62,440 bases of DNA, taken from IMG/VR virus record IMGVR_UViG_3300009026_000010, positions 1 to 62,440 of that record, one strand, 5' to 3'. Position numbers and translations under genes: made by a program. Source of the DNA: a virus (Duplodnaviria > Caudoviricetes). The notes beneath the pieces are model-generated. The model was not told the origin of the DNA, searched no databases, and saw only the letters and a list, made by a program, of their open reading frames with translations. Below, piece after piece: positions 17,978-27,986 of this stretch. Position 1 is the first letter of the stretch, and every line of letters begins with the position of its first letter.

Positions 17978-20344
17978 ATGGAAATCGTATTCCTCAGTGC
18001 TGAGGTTCCGCTTACAAAGACCTACCGTCAGCGTAGGGATCGCATTGAAAAGACGTCATACCCGCTTGTAGACTGCTTCACAAGCCATACCGAACAAGTC
18101 GATACTATCTCAGATTTCTTCACAGCGATAGGCAAACACGCTGCTTTAGGCCATTGTCTATTGAAAGGAACTATTACCGCTGCGCTTGTTGATGAGTCAC
18201 GAGCGGGTGCTACAGATCGGAATGGCCATACTGAGTGGGTGTGTCTGGACGTCGATGGTGTGGATATTGAATCCCCCGACGACTTTATGAACGCCCTCGG
18301 TCTTGGCAATCTCAGCTACATTGTGCAGTACAGCTCCAGCCACGGCATCAGTGACGATTTGCTGCACTGCCATATTTTTGTGATGCTGGAAAAACCATTC
18401 TCTGCCCCTTTGCTCAAGCAATGGCTCATTGATGTTAACTTCAACGTGCCGTTGTTGAACGCTCAGTTTAGCTTGTCTCCAAGCCAGAACTTTCTGTCTT
18501 GGCCACTGGACATTACTACTTGCCAAAACGACAAGCTCTTGTACATAGCACCACCGATTCTGGTAGGAATCGAAGACCCCCTTGGACCTGACCGCTTCCA
18601 ACTTGTACGCAAGAAAAGCGACCGACTACGTTTACCAGCCAACATCAGTTCAGTATCTGCTAACAGGCAGCGAATAGACGAAAAGATCAACGAGCTACGA
18701 CTTGGGCTGCAGTTACCCAAGCGCAAAGCCAGTAAGTACTCAAATGCTGGTCCTATCGAATATCAGACCAACCCTGACCAGTGTACTGTCACCGGCATTA
18801 AACAAGATCGTGGCTATGTATATTTGAATTTGAATGGCGGCGATTCATGGGGTTACTACCACCCCGAAGATCGTTTCGACTTCATCTACAACTTCAAAGG
18901 CGAGCCTACTTACCGCACCAAAGACCTCATCCCTGACTACTGGAATGATTGTGCCAAGGAAGTAGAACGCCAAGAAGATGCGGGAGTAATCACTACTCAC
19001 TTTGCTTTCCGTGACTTCAATTCAGCCAAGTACTACAACGGGTATTATGACCCGCAGAATCGTGAGGTATACATTGCTCAGGCAGCGTCCGAGAAGCAAC
19101 TCAATGATTACATGAGTGCCAATGGCCGAGTTATGCCTCCGGCAGTTCCAATTTGGTGTATGGAGTTTCTGCCGAACGAACCTTTCGTCATAAGGAAATG
19201 CCCAGATAAGCGGGGGTGGTCGGCACAGCTTAATACCTTCACGCCTTCGATCTATTTACAGCAAGAGCCGAAGAAGACAGCCAAGATTCCGCCTATTATC
19301 GAGCGTGTTATACGCCATGCTCTTGGTGGTAGCGACATGGTATTCGATGCTTTCATCAACTGGCTTGCTGTAGCTGTCCAAGACCGGAAAGCAATCGGTA
19401 CTGCTTGGCTGCTGTCAGGTATTCCCGGTACAGGTAAAGGTCTGTTGTGCCACAAAATTCTGAAACCGATGATGGGCCACAACTATGTTGTCCAGCGCCG
19501 GATGGATGAACTTGATGATAAGTTCAATGACTACCTTGAAGAATGTCTATTCTTCTTTGTCGATGAAGTAGAGCTTCCAGAAATGAAGAACTCGAACGTC
19601 ATCGAAGCCAAGATCAAAAACCTTATCACTGAAGAGACAATCAGCTTACGGGGTATGCACAGGGCTTCACGTACTGTACCTAACCACGTCAACTGGATAT
19701 TGTCTTCTAACATGTCTGACCCGTTGACCATCACAAACTCAGATCGCCGCTTTAACGTGGCTGATTACCAGCCTCAGAAACTCAAGATCACAGAAGCTGA
19801 GATTGCTCAGATTGAAAAAGAGCTGCAAAGCTTCTGTGATTATCTTCGTGTATTCAAAGCGAACCGTGACAAAGCGCGTGAAGTAATTTTGACTGCACAA
19901 CGCGAACGCCTTATCCATATCAGCACCACTACTATCGACCTTGCTGCTCAGGCTGTCCTGACTGGCAATCTGCAGTACTTCTTTGACGAATTGCCTACAG
20001 GTAACGTCAAGTACATCAACCCACGACAGCAAATGAAGTTGGGTCTGTATAAAGAGGTACTTGGCGATATCCTTCGTGAACCAAATGTGGGGGCTATAGG
20101 ACGTGACGCTTTACACGTTCTGTTTGACTACCTAATTCCTGAGTCGCCTACCAGTGGTAATAAATTCACAAGCATGCTCAAACACCACGGGCTGCATGTG
20201 TCTCCATGCCGCGTAGCTGGAAGCGCTGGTATTGTACGAGGTGTACCTACCCAATGGGTTATCAACGACCGGATGTATGAGACACTGGAACTTGATAAAT
20301 CAGGCATACCACTGTCTAAAGCGATAGGGAAAAAACAAGTATGA
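17978..20344 (+). CDS. primase/SF3 helicase fusion (AEP-like N-terminus, D5/DUF5906-like NTPase)
   Basis: N-terminal LDVD and HCH primase-like motifs; Walker A GIPGTGKG; FFVDE; SSN...DRRF. Confidence 0.85.
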   Translation: MEIVFLSAEVPLTKTYRQRRDRIEKTSYPLVDCFTSHTEQVDTISDFFTAIGKHAALGHCLLKGTITAALVDESRAGATDRNGHTEWVCLDVDGVDIESPDDFMNALGLGNLSYIVQYSSSHGISDDLLHCHIFVMLEKPFSAPLLKQWLIDVNFNVPLLNAQFSLSPSQNFLSWPLDITTCQNDKLLYIAPPILVGIEDPLGPDRFQLVRKKSDRLRLPANISSVSANRQRIDEKINELRLGLQLPKRKASKYSNAGPIEYQTNPDQCTVTGIKQDRGYVYLNLNGGDSWGYYHPEDRFDFIYNFKGEPTYRTKDLIPDYWNDCAKEVERQEDAGVITTHFAFRDFNSAKYYNGYYDPQNREVYIAQAASEKQLNDYMSANGRVMPPAVPIWCMEFLPNEPFVIRKCPDKRGWSAQLNTFTPSIYLQQEPKKTAKIPPIIERVIRHALGGSDMVFDAFINWLAVAVQDRKAIGTAWLLSGIPGTGKGLLCHKILKPMMGHNYVVQRRMDELDDKFNDYLEECLFFFVDEVELPEMKNSNVIEAKIKNLITEETISLRGMHRASRTVPNHVNWILSSNMSDPLTITNSDRRFNVADYQPQKLKITEAEIAQIEKELQSFCDYLRVFKANRDKAREVILTAQRERLIHISTTTIDLAAQAVLTGNLQYFFDELPTGNVKYINPRQQMKLGLYKEVLGDILREPNVGAIGRDALHVLFDYLIPESPTSGNKFTSMLKHHGLHVSPCRVAGSAGIVRGVPTQWVINDRMYETLELDKSGIPLSKAIGKKQV

Positions 20345-21105
20345 ATAACGAAGAAGATCGCCTCATACCTTGGTCGATTTCCATGCTCCATGTCTACGAG
20401 ACGTGTCCTCTGTACTTCAAGAATAAATATATTCTTCGTATACCAGAGCCTGAGCGTCCATTACCGAAGGGAAAGACTGAGCACGCCAACGACCGAGGGG
20501 GGCGCATACACACTGCCTGCGAAGATTACGTCAAAGGTGAGCGTATTGAGTTCCCCGAAGAAGCTGAAGACTTTGAAGAAGATATTGAAGACCTTCGGAA
20601 TCTGTATGACCAAGGCTTGGTTATGCTTGAGCATGACTGGTGTTTTGACTCTGAATGGATACCTTGTGCTCGGAAAGAACGTGACAGTATATTCATCGTC
20701 GACGTAGCTGCGTGGATCGTACCCAACGAATGGTTGCTGATTATTGACTACAAAACTGGTAGTCCATATCCAGTCAAACACATGGACCAGATGCAAGGCT
20801 ACGCGCTTGGGGCATACAAGAAGTTTCCTGACCTCAAGCAAGTCACTACTGAGCTGTGGTATCTGGACAAGAATGACATTTCTACTTCTACATTCAAACC
20901 ACAAGCTGCCAGAGCTATCCAGAACACATTAGAAAAGCGTGTAGCACGTATGCGTGCTGACACTGAGTTTAAGCCTGCATCACACCAGTATGCTTGTAGG
21001 TTCTGTCCTTATAAAAATGATTGTGAGTTTTTCGAGTCGGGAGTGAAGAAGAAAGCACGCCCGCCATCATCCATAAACGCATGGAATACAGGGTGGAAAA
21101 TATAA
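20341..21105 (+). CDS. PD-(D/E)XK (Cas4/RecB-like) exonuclease
   Basis: CP...G..IH...VD...IDYKTG...Q..Y...CRFCPY..C. Confidence 0.88.
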   Translation: MNNEEDRLIPWSISMLHVYETCPLYFKNKYILRIPEPERPLPKGKTEHANDRGGRIHTACEDYVKGERIEFPEEAEDFEEDIEDLRNLYDQGLVMLEHDWCFDSEWIPCARKERDSIFIVDVAAWIVPNEWLLIIDYKTGSPYPVKHMDQMQGYALGAYKKFPDLKQVTTELWYLDKNDISTSTFKPQAARAIQNTLEKRVARMRADTEFKPASHQYACRFCPYKNDCEFFESGVKKKARPPSSINAWNTGWKI

Positions 21106-21164
21106 ATGCATGATCCACGACTTGAAGATTTCAAACGCCAAGCAAAACTGAAGGATACAAGCGA

Positions 21165-21434
21165 ATGAGAAACTGGGAACGAGCGTCTGAAGTAGGTATG
21201 ACTCAAGAAAGCATTGAGCGCAGAGAAATGAATCGCCAGCGATCACTTGATCTTCTCGAAAAGCACTCCATTACTTTCGAGTCAAAGAATGATGGAGCGC
21301 ATTTAATTGTTACTCATAACAAACACGTCATTGATTTTTGGCCCGGTACTGGCAAGTTTATCCCACGCGGTACTACTAAGACCGGTCGTGGAGTTTTTAA
21401 CCTGTTGAATTACCTTGGGGTGGAGCATGCCTGA
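21165..21434 (+). CDS. conserved phage hypothetical protein (true start may be 21198)
   Basis: HLIV...DFWPGTGKF...GRGV pattern. Confidence 0.75.
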   Translation: MRNWERASEVGMTQESIERREMNRQRSLDLLEKHSITFESKNDGAHLIVTHNKHVIDFWPGTGKFIPRGTTKTGRGVFNLLNYLGVEHA

Positions 21435-21609
21435 AATGATGGTAATTGATGAGTTTGAAGACATTGATCGACGTTTTAGAAACGTACCATTCAGCACTAT
21501 TGTGCAGAAGAACTCATACCGTAACCGGCCGTGTTTGTGCGGCAGTGGCAAGAAGACAAAAGTATGTTGCTGGAACAAAATGGCTAAGAAAGGGCAGAAA
21601 ATTGATTAG
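21427..21609 (+). CDS. SEC-C (SecA C-terminal Zn-finger) motif protein
   Basis: RNRPCLCGSGKKTKVCC. Confidence 0.75.
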   Translation: MPEMMVIDEFEDIDRRFRNVPFSTIVQKNSYRNRPCLCGSGKKTKVCCWNKMAKKGQKID

Positions 21610-21683
21610 TACCTTGGGCTGGGTTGAGAGTTTCTTGGCCGTATAGCCATCCGGACAGGGTGCTATTCAATTGGAGATAATGA

Positions 21684-23054
21684 ATGCCAAAAACAATTAA
21701 GTTCTACGATCACCAGCTTGAGACTATCGAACTGCGTGAGCGCTCAGAAATTGTGTTGGATTTGTCTGAACCCGGCACCGGCAAAACACTGGCACATGCC
21801 CAGCACTTTCTTGAGCACAGAAGCAAAGGGGGTGGGGCTGGGCTTATAGCTTGCCCTCTCTCGCTTGTGGGGTCTGTATGGCCTGTTGATATGGCTAAGC
21901 TCGACAGGGGTATAGACGTCAGCTGTGCATACGCAGCCAACCGTGCTGAAGCTTTCAAGCCCGGTCATGACCTCTATGTTACCAACTATGAGGGGTTAAA
22001 GTACGTCGAAGCCAACTGGAAGAAATTGAAGAAGGAACTGGGTATCGACTGGCTGCTGATCGACGAAGGTACAGCCATGAAGAACAAGGAAGCTCAACGC
22101 ACGAAAGCAGCGACCAAGATTGCCCGAGACATTGAATACAAAGCCATATTGAGCGGGACACTGGGTTCCAAATCCATTCTGGACTATTGGGCACCTATGA
22201 ACATTCTTGATCGCGGTAAACGGTTGGGGTCTGTTTATTCAGGCTACCGGTCTGCTGTATGCGTGCCTGTGCAAGTTGGCCCGTCAAGCAGTATGATCGA
22301 ATGGGTGCCACGCGACGGAGCATTTGACGCTGTAGCTGCACTGGTGGCCGATATTAGCATCAGGCACGAACTTGAAGCATGCCATGACATGCCGGGTATC
22401 GTGATGCATAACTTGCAGATTTCGTTACCCAAGAAGCTGCAGAAACTGTATGACCAAATGGCCAGAGAGCAAGCCATCATACTGGCCAAAGGCAAAATCA
22501 TCACAGCAGTCAACGGTGGAGTGGCTGCAAACAAGCTGCTTCAGATTGCTTCAGGCTCCATATACGACAATGACAAGCACGGCGAAATCCTTGATTTACA
22601 ACGTGCTGAAATCATCGCTGATTTGTGTGAAGAACGTGAGCATTCAATCATAGCGTTCTTGTGGCACCACCAACGAGATATGATCATCCACGCTCTTGTT
22701 AAACGCGGCCGACGAGTAGCCTACATTGATGGTACTGTGTCTGCATCCAAGCGCAACAAGATCGTTGAAGATTATCAGGCTGGGGTGTACGACGACATTC
22801 TTCTACACCCACAAGCTGCTGCACATGGCCTGACGCTTACCCGCGCTACTACAACGATATGGGCTTCGCCTACATACAACTACGAATGGTTCGACCAGCT
22901 CAACCGCCGTGCCTATCGTATTGGCCAGCTCAACCGCTGTGAAGTCATCGTCATTACAGCTCGCAACACATTGGACGAGCATGCTTACGCTGTCTGTACC
23001 GAAGATGGGGTGAATATGCGGGATATGTTCAACGCTATTGCAAACTACAGGTAA
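21684..23054 (+). CDS. SNF2-like SF2 helicase
   Basis: EPGTGKT, IDEGT, LSGT, QLNRRAYRIGQ. Confidence 0.9.
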   Translation: MPKTIKFYDHQLETIELRERSEIVLDLSEPGTGKTLAHAQHFLEHRSKGGGAGLIACPLSLVGSVWPVDMAKLDRGIDVSCAYAANRAEAFKPGHDLYVTNYEGLKYVEANWKKLKKELGIDWLLIDEGTAMKNKEAQRTKAATKIARDIEYKAILSGTLGSKSILDYWAPMNILDRGKRLGSVYSGYRSAVCVPVQVGPSSSMIEWVPRDGAFDAVAALVADISIRHELEACHDMPGIVMHNLQISLPKKLQKLYDQMAREQAIILAKGKIITAVNGGVAANKLLQIASGSIYDNDKHGEILDLQRAEIIADLCEEREHSIIAFLWHHQRDMIIHALVKRGRRVAYIDGTVSASKRNKIVEDYQAGVYDDILLHPQAAAHGLTLTRATTTIWASPTYNYEWFDQLNRRAYRIGQLNRCEVIVITARNTLDEHAYAVCTEDGVNMRDMFNAIANYR

Positions 23055-23058
23055 CACC

Positions 23059-23265
23059 ATGCGAACTTGTGTATACGACAACCCTGCCACCATGCAGCGT
23101 GAATGCTGGCAAGACGGACATCTTCTGCATGTATATTCTTTTTTGGTGTTGGAGCCTTACGCAAAAAAATCTATACCATCTGAACATTTCTTTTTCGGTG
23201 CTAACGTAGGCCCATGGGACGAAAGCCAATTGATAGGAGACGCTAATGCGCGTAGCCCCGAGTAA
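23059..23265 (+). CDS. hypothetical protein
   Basis: Fills the gap between helicase and polymerase. Confidence 0.55.
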   Translation: MRTCVYDNPATMQRECWQDGHLLHVYSFLVLEPYAKKSIPSEHFFFGANVGPWDESQLIGDANARSPE

Positions 23266-25153
23266 AAAACTGACACCGCTGTTCCTTGATTTCGAGACTT
23301 ACTGGTCTGTGGATTTCACCCTCCGGAAAATACCGACAGGTGACTACATACGTGACAAACGGTTCAAAATCCATTGTGTATCAGCCAAACTCGGGCGAGG
23401 TAAGACTCGTTCGTTCACCAATATGGATGAGTTCCAAGCTTACCTAAACGAACAAGACTGGGACAACATAGTGCTGGTCGGCCATAACCTGTACTTCGAC
23501 GGGCTGATCCTCACCGAACTGTTCGGTGTATACCCTGCTGCTTATCACTGCACCATGTCAATGTCCCGTGGCTTGTGGCGTAACACCTGCGCCCATAACC
23601 TCAAAGATATGTGTGCTCGTGTAGGGATCGTAGCCAAGACCAAAGCAGGTGCGCTGCTCAACACTAAAGGTAAAGAGGAGCTTACCAAGCGTGAGCTTCG
23701 TCAACTGTGCGGGTACTGCAACGACGATGTGAACGAGACAGCTCAGGCTTACTACATCATGCTGCCGTACGTTCCAGAAATCGAGCTGGAAATCATCAGC
23801 CATACAGTTCGTTGCTTCACTGAGCCACTGCTTGTAATCAACGCTGCGCTGCTTGAAGAGGCAATTGAAGAAGTTGAAGAACGACGCGAAGAGCTGCTGG
23901 CCAAGGTAGAGGAGTTCGTGGTTGAGCAATGCCCCGAGGCTGACACATTGGCCAAGGCACTGCGTAGCCGTATTCACTTTCCTCGTATGCTCGAAGCACT
24001 TGGCATTAACCCGCCAATGAAGATCAGCCCACGTACTGGCAAACTCACCTACGCACTGGCAGCAAAAGACCCTGAGTACATGGAGCTGCTTGAAGACGAA
24101 GACCCTATGGTCAGGCTGCTGTGCGAAGCTCGTTCAGAGTTCACCAGTAATCAGACTATGACCCGTGCTCAACGGCTACTGTCAGCGACTGAAGGTGGCG
24201 CTACGCTACCGATAATGTACTTGTACTGTGGTGCGCATACTATGCGCTGGTCAGCTTCCAACAAGATGAATCTGCAGAACCTGCAGCGTGGTTCTAAGCT
24301 GAGGAAGGCTATCGAGGCTCCACCGGGGTACGTGATGATGGTCGGTGACTCCGGCCAGATTGAAGCGCGTGTGGTAGCTTGGATTGCCGATGAAGAACAG
24401 CTGCTACATGGCTTCAGGCAAGCTGATTTGAAGTTGGATCGTGATGTGTACTGTAAATTCGCTGATGACGTATACGGGCGTACGATCACTAAAGACGACG
24501 ACGATGAACGCTTTGTAGGTAAGACAGCGATTCTTGGTCTTGGCTTTGGAATGGGCTGGAAAAAGTTTTTCAGCACAATGGTTATAGCGGGTCGAGCCAT
24601 GTCACCCGACAAAGCTCAGCAAGTAGTTAACCTGTACCGAAATAAGTACACCAAGATACCGGCGCTTTGGGAATATCTTAACCGGATTCTCGGCATCATG
24701 GCGGCTGGCGGTTCAGGCGAGATTGTCTTGGCTGGTGGTCAACTGGTGCTTGAGTTCGAGCACGACAAAGTTTGGATGCCCAACGGTCTTGCCCTTCACT
24801 ATCCCGGTCTCAGAGCTACATACGACGAGGAAGGGCGTCAGAGCGGTTTTGAGTTTCTGTATGTCAAAGGTAACAAAGCCTTCTACAAGAAAATCTATGG
24901 CGGGCTATTCACAGAAAACATTGTTCAGTGCTTGGCACGGATTATTGTGGGTGAGCAGATTGTCAAAATAGCACGCCGCTATCGAGTTGTGATGACCACT
25001 CACGACGAAGCTGTAATGTTGGTTATGAAGAAAATGCATGAAATCGACAAGGCTTATAACTTTATGTTCCAAACAATGTCGATAGCTCCTGACTGGTGCG
25101 CTACCTTACCGGTCACAGCTGAAGTAAAATACGCGGATAACTACTCAAAATAG
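23246..25153 (+). CDS. family A DNA polymerase with 3'-5' exonuclease
   Basis: ExoI DFET, ExoII HNLYFD, ExoIII YCNDD; motif A DSGQIEAR, motif B RFVGKTAILGLGFG, motif C THDE. Confidence 0.93.
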   Translation: MRVAPSKKLTPLFLDFETYWSVDFTLRKIPTGDYIRDKRFKIHCVSAKLGRGKTRSFTNMDEFQAYLNEQDWDNIVLVGHNLYFDGLILTELFGVYPAAYHCTMSMSRGLWRNTCAHNLKDMCARVGIVAKTKAGALLNTKGKEELTKRELRQLCGYCNDDVNETAQAYYIMLPYVPEIELEIISHTVRCFTEPLLVINAALLEEAIEEVEERREELLAKVEEFVVEQCPEADTLAKALRSRIHFPRMLEALGINPPMKISPRTGKLTYALAAKDPEYMELLEDEDPMVRLLCEARSEFTSNQTMTRAQRLLSATEGGATLPIMYLYCGAHTMRWSASNKMNLQNLQRGSKLRKAIEAPPGYVMMVGDSGQIEARVVAWIADEEQLLHGFRQADLKLDRDVYCKFADDVYGRTITKDDDDERFVGKTAILGLGFGMGWKKFFSTMVIAGRAMSPDKAQQVVNLYRNKYTKIPALWEYLNRILGIMAAGGSGEIVLAGGQLVLEFEHDKVWMPNGLALHYPGLRATYDEEGRQSGFEFLYVKGNKAFYKKIYGGLFTENIVQCLARIIVGEQIVKIARRYRVVMTTHDEAVMLVMKKMHEIDKAYNFMFQTMSIAPDWCATLPVTAEVKYADNYSK

Positions 25154-25160
25154 GTGACAC

Positions 25161-25568
25161 ATGGCTACTCCCAAAGTAGACTTTACTGAGATTACCGATG
25201 TGAAACAGCGGAACGCTGCTATCGCATATCGCCACAAACTGGAAGCTCAAAGGAAAAAAGCTTCTGCTGCCCTCAAGGTCATTGAGGATGAAATTAAGGC
25301 GCTTGACGAGAGCTTGATCGTTTACCTGAAAGACTCCGAGGAAGAGCGGGTAGAAATCAAAGCGGGTGTTGGTGTGAGGCTCACGAGCAGCACCGTGCCT
25401 ACTGTCAAAGACTGGGATGCTTTCTATGCATGGATTAAGAAGAATAATGCCTTCTTCATGCTTGAGCGTCGTCCCAGTGTCACCGGTTATAGGGATGTTC
25501 TGGCTTCAGGAAAAGCCATTCCGGGTGTCGAAAGTTTCACGAAGATCAAATTGAACTTGGTTTCGTGA
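25161..25568 (+). CDS. conserved replication-module protein
   Basis: Coiled coil followed by V.DWDAFY.WI...PGV. Confidence 0.8.
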   Translation: MATPKVDFTEITDVKQRNAAIAYRHKLEAQRKKASAALKVIEDEIKALDESLIVYLKDSEEERVEIKAGVGVRLTSSTVPTVKDWDAFYAWIKKNNAFFMLERRPSVTGYRDVLASGKAIPGVESFTKIKLNLVS

Positions 25569-25612
25569 AGCGATACTTGATCCGTTAAATCCGCTTAGAT
25601 AGAGGAAGTGAA

Positions 25613-26383
25613 ATGCCTGCAAAAAAAGCACCATCAACTGCTGTAGCCACAAAGCGTGAATCCCTCCCAGTCGATGTACAAGCCCTTCTGGAAAAACAGA
25701 AGAATGCTGTCATGGACAAAATCGGTCGGCCCACGTCAACTGTGATTCAGATTAAACAGAACAAGAACTTCGTTCTGCCAAACGGCGAAATCACTGAAGG
25801 ACCGATTGATCTGGTCATTCTTGACTTCGTTTCCATGAACACGTTCTACGAAGGTGCATACGATAAGGATAACATCGCTTCTCCTGTTTGTTTTGCTATC
25901 GGCGATAATCCTGACGCCCTTATCCCTTCTGTGAACGCTCCTGAAGTCCAAGCTGATACCTGTGCAGTCTGCCCGATGAATAAATACGAGTCGGCTGAGC
26001 GTGGTAAAGGCAAGGCGTGTAAGAACATGCGTGTACTAGCCGTGATGGCTGCCGACGCATCTGACGAAGATAAAATCTGGTTGCTGCGAGTAAGTCCTAC
26101 TGGCCTCAAAGCGTACGATGCATACGTACGCAATTTGGCTCAACGGAACAATGTGGCACCTATTCAAGTCGTCACCAAAGTTGGTTTTGATCCTAACTCA
26201 GATTATCCTTCTCTGCGCTTCGCTCCCGAGCGTGTGCTTATAGGCGATTCTCTGGCTTTCTTCCTGAGTCGTGTGGAAGAAGCTGGTGAGTTGGTGCGTA
26301 CTGAGCCTGATTACAGTCACGCCGAAGAGGAAAAGAAACCAGCTAAGAAAGCACCTGCGCGTAAGCCAGCTGCTCGTCGTTAA
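25613..26383 (+). CDS. putative ssDNA-binding/annealing protein
   Basis: Position after the polymerase; C...CAVCPMN...GKGKACK pattern; basic tail. Confidence 0.65.
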   Translation: MPAKKAPSTAVATKRESLPVDVQALLEKQKNAVMDKIGRPTSTVIQIKQNKNFVLPNGEITEGPIDLVILDFVSMNTFYEGAYDKDNIASPVCFAIGDNPDALIPSVNAPEVQADTCAVCPMNKYESAERGKGKACKNMRVLAVMAADASDEDKIWLLRVSPTGLKAYDAYVRNLAQRNNVAPIQVVTKVGFDPNSDYPSLRFAPERVLIGDSLAFFLSRVEEAGELVRTEPDYSHAEEEKKPAKKAPARKPAARR

Positions 26384-26391
26384 ACCATTGT

Positions 26392-26418
26392 GCTGCTACT
26401 TCGGTAGCAGCGTTTTTT
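26392..26418 (+). terminator. intrinsic terminator
   Basis: gctgctac-ttcg-gtagcagc followed by gtttttt. Confidence 0.8.
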
Positions 26419-26437
26419 AGAAAAAAGGAATCATTCC

Positions 26438-26893
26438 ATGGCTCGTAAAAGTACTGCTCTCAAGCACGCTGTCGCTGAACCCGCAACTGAGGATGCTCCA
26501 GCAGAGAAAGTCTCCAAAGCAAAAGCTACCAAGGAGAAAGCTGCACGTACAAATCCAACAACTGTCGCTGATGCCAAGCAGCTAAAAGCTGCTATCAAAG
26601 CCAAAGAGAAAGAATTGGCTCAAGTCACGAAAGATTTGGATAAAGAAAGCAAGGTTATCGGCGCTACATTTGACGCTTCCATGAAGCCGTTGATTGATAG
26701 CCAGAAAGCTGCGCTGAAAGAAAAAGAGAAAGCTGCTGCTGCTTATGAAAAGACCCGAGTGAAGAACAACGCTGCTGCTACTAAGATAGCTACTGCCAAA
26801 GACAAAGCTGAAGCAGCCTTCACCAAGAAGAGCGAGCGTATCCTGAACAAACTGGCCAAGGAACTGGGAGCTCTGCGCGCTAAAGATGTATAA
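26438..26893 (+). CDS. Lys/Ala-rich (histone H1-like/coiled-coil) protein
   Basis: AAGGA SD; very K/A-rich; flanked by terminators. Confidence 0.8.
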   Translation: MARKSTALKHAVAEPATEDAPAEKVSKAKATKEKAARTNPTTVADAKQLKAAIKAKEKELAQVTKDLDKESKVIGATFDASMKPLIDSQKAALKEKEKAAAAYEKTRVKNNAAATKIATAKDKAEAAFTKKSERILNKLAKELGALRAKDV

Positions 26894-26907
26894 GTTGCCA
26901 GTATCAT

Positions 26908-26930
26908 AGCCGCCTTCGGGCGGCTTTTTT
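26908..26930 (+). terminator. intrinsic terminator
   Basis: agccgcc-ttcg-ggcggct followed by ttttt. Confidence 0.8.
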
Positions 26931-26946
26931 GACTGCGGAGAATCAT

Positions 26947-27447
26947 ATGGCGGTAAAGCCAGAGAACCGAGCACGTTCCGCACTTAACAAACTCATTCCG
27001 TTATCTATCCACCGGGAGAAGATGGGATCGCCTTATTCAGCAGGGACTGCTGATCAGTGGTATAGCGGGTTTCCTTTTGATATGTGGGTTGAGTTTAAGT
27101 TTCTCCCCAAGCCCCCAACACGTCCGTTCGAGTTGCAACTGTCGACGTTACAGTCTTTATGGCTGCTGAACCGATATAACGAGAATCGTGCTGTAGGGGT
27201 CATACTGTTGTTCCCAGCTAAATATGGGTGCTGGATGTTTTTCAACAGAGAATGGGAGGGCAAGATCGACCCTGCTAAATGCACCACGTATTCTCGTCAA
27301 GAAGTTGCGGACTTCATAACACGAGGATGTACTGAATATGCCCATTATTCCGCACTTATACGTCACAGCGAAGGCGCTGAAAGGTCTCTATCTGATAGTG
27401 ACATTTACTGTGGCAATCTACTACACGATGAAGAGCGTGAAAGATGA
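26947..27447 (+). CDS. VRR-NUC/Holliday-junction resolvase-like nuclease
   Basis: GTAD...WVEFK...LSxLQxxWL; GGAGA SD. Confidence 0.7.
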   Translation: MAVKPENRARSALNKLIPLSIHREKMGSPYSAGTADQWYSGFPFDMWVEFKFLPKPPTRPFELQLSTLQSLWLLNRYNENRAVGVILLFPAKYGCWMFFNREWEGKIDPAKCTTYSRQEVADFITRGCTEYAHYSALIRHSEGAERSLSDSDIYCGNLLHDEERER

Positions 27448-27986
27448 CCAGAAAATTGGTGTCAATCGACTTGGAGACGTTGGACGTCTTGGAGTCAGCA
27501 GTGATCCTATCTATCGGGATAGTAGTAGGCGACAGCCAGGGAAACGTAAGCGAAAAGTTTCACATCTTCCCTAACATACAACAACAGATCGCCGCTGGCC
27601 GAACTATCAGTGGCGATACTATTATGTGGTGGTTGGGGCAAGATGAAGATGCTCGACTAGAACAAATGAAATCCAAGCGCTTCGGGTACAAAGAAGCTAT
27701 TGACGAAACGCTTCTGTTCCTTGAACGGCACAGCGATGCTAGTCTGTACCTCGGCAACGCGCCTAGTTTTGACTGTGATATGCTTGCCAATTTCCTTGGT
27801 ACTAAGCCGTGGAAATTCTATCAAGAACGTGATGTACGCACAGCTCGAATGATCATTCCTGAAAAAGCTCGTGCCGTACCACATCTTGCACATTCTGCAC
27901 TCGCAGATGCAGAAGCTCAGTATCTTGATTTTGTGTGGTTCTTGAAACTTGAAAACTTTTTTAACGACCAAGGAAAATCAGCATGA
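27444..27986 (+). CDS. DnaQ-like DEDDh 3'-5' exonuclease
   Basis: IDLET, FD, HSALADA. Confidence 0.88.
   Translation: MTRKLVSIDLETLDVLESAVILSIGIVVGDSQGNVSEKFHIFPNIQQQIAAGRTISGDTIMWWLGQDEDARLEQMKSKRFGYKEAIDETLLFLERHSDASLYLGNAPSFDCDMLANFLGTKPWKFYQERDVRTARMIIPEKARAVPHLAHSALADAEAQYLDFVWFLKLENFFNDQGKSA

Noticed and set aside
27338-27574. Overlapping 78-aa ORF with a hydrophobic segment
   Set aside because: Entirely overlaps two well-supported genes; a GAGGA upstream is the only support.
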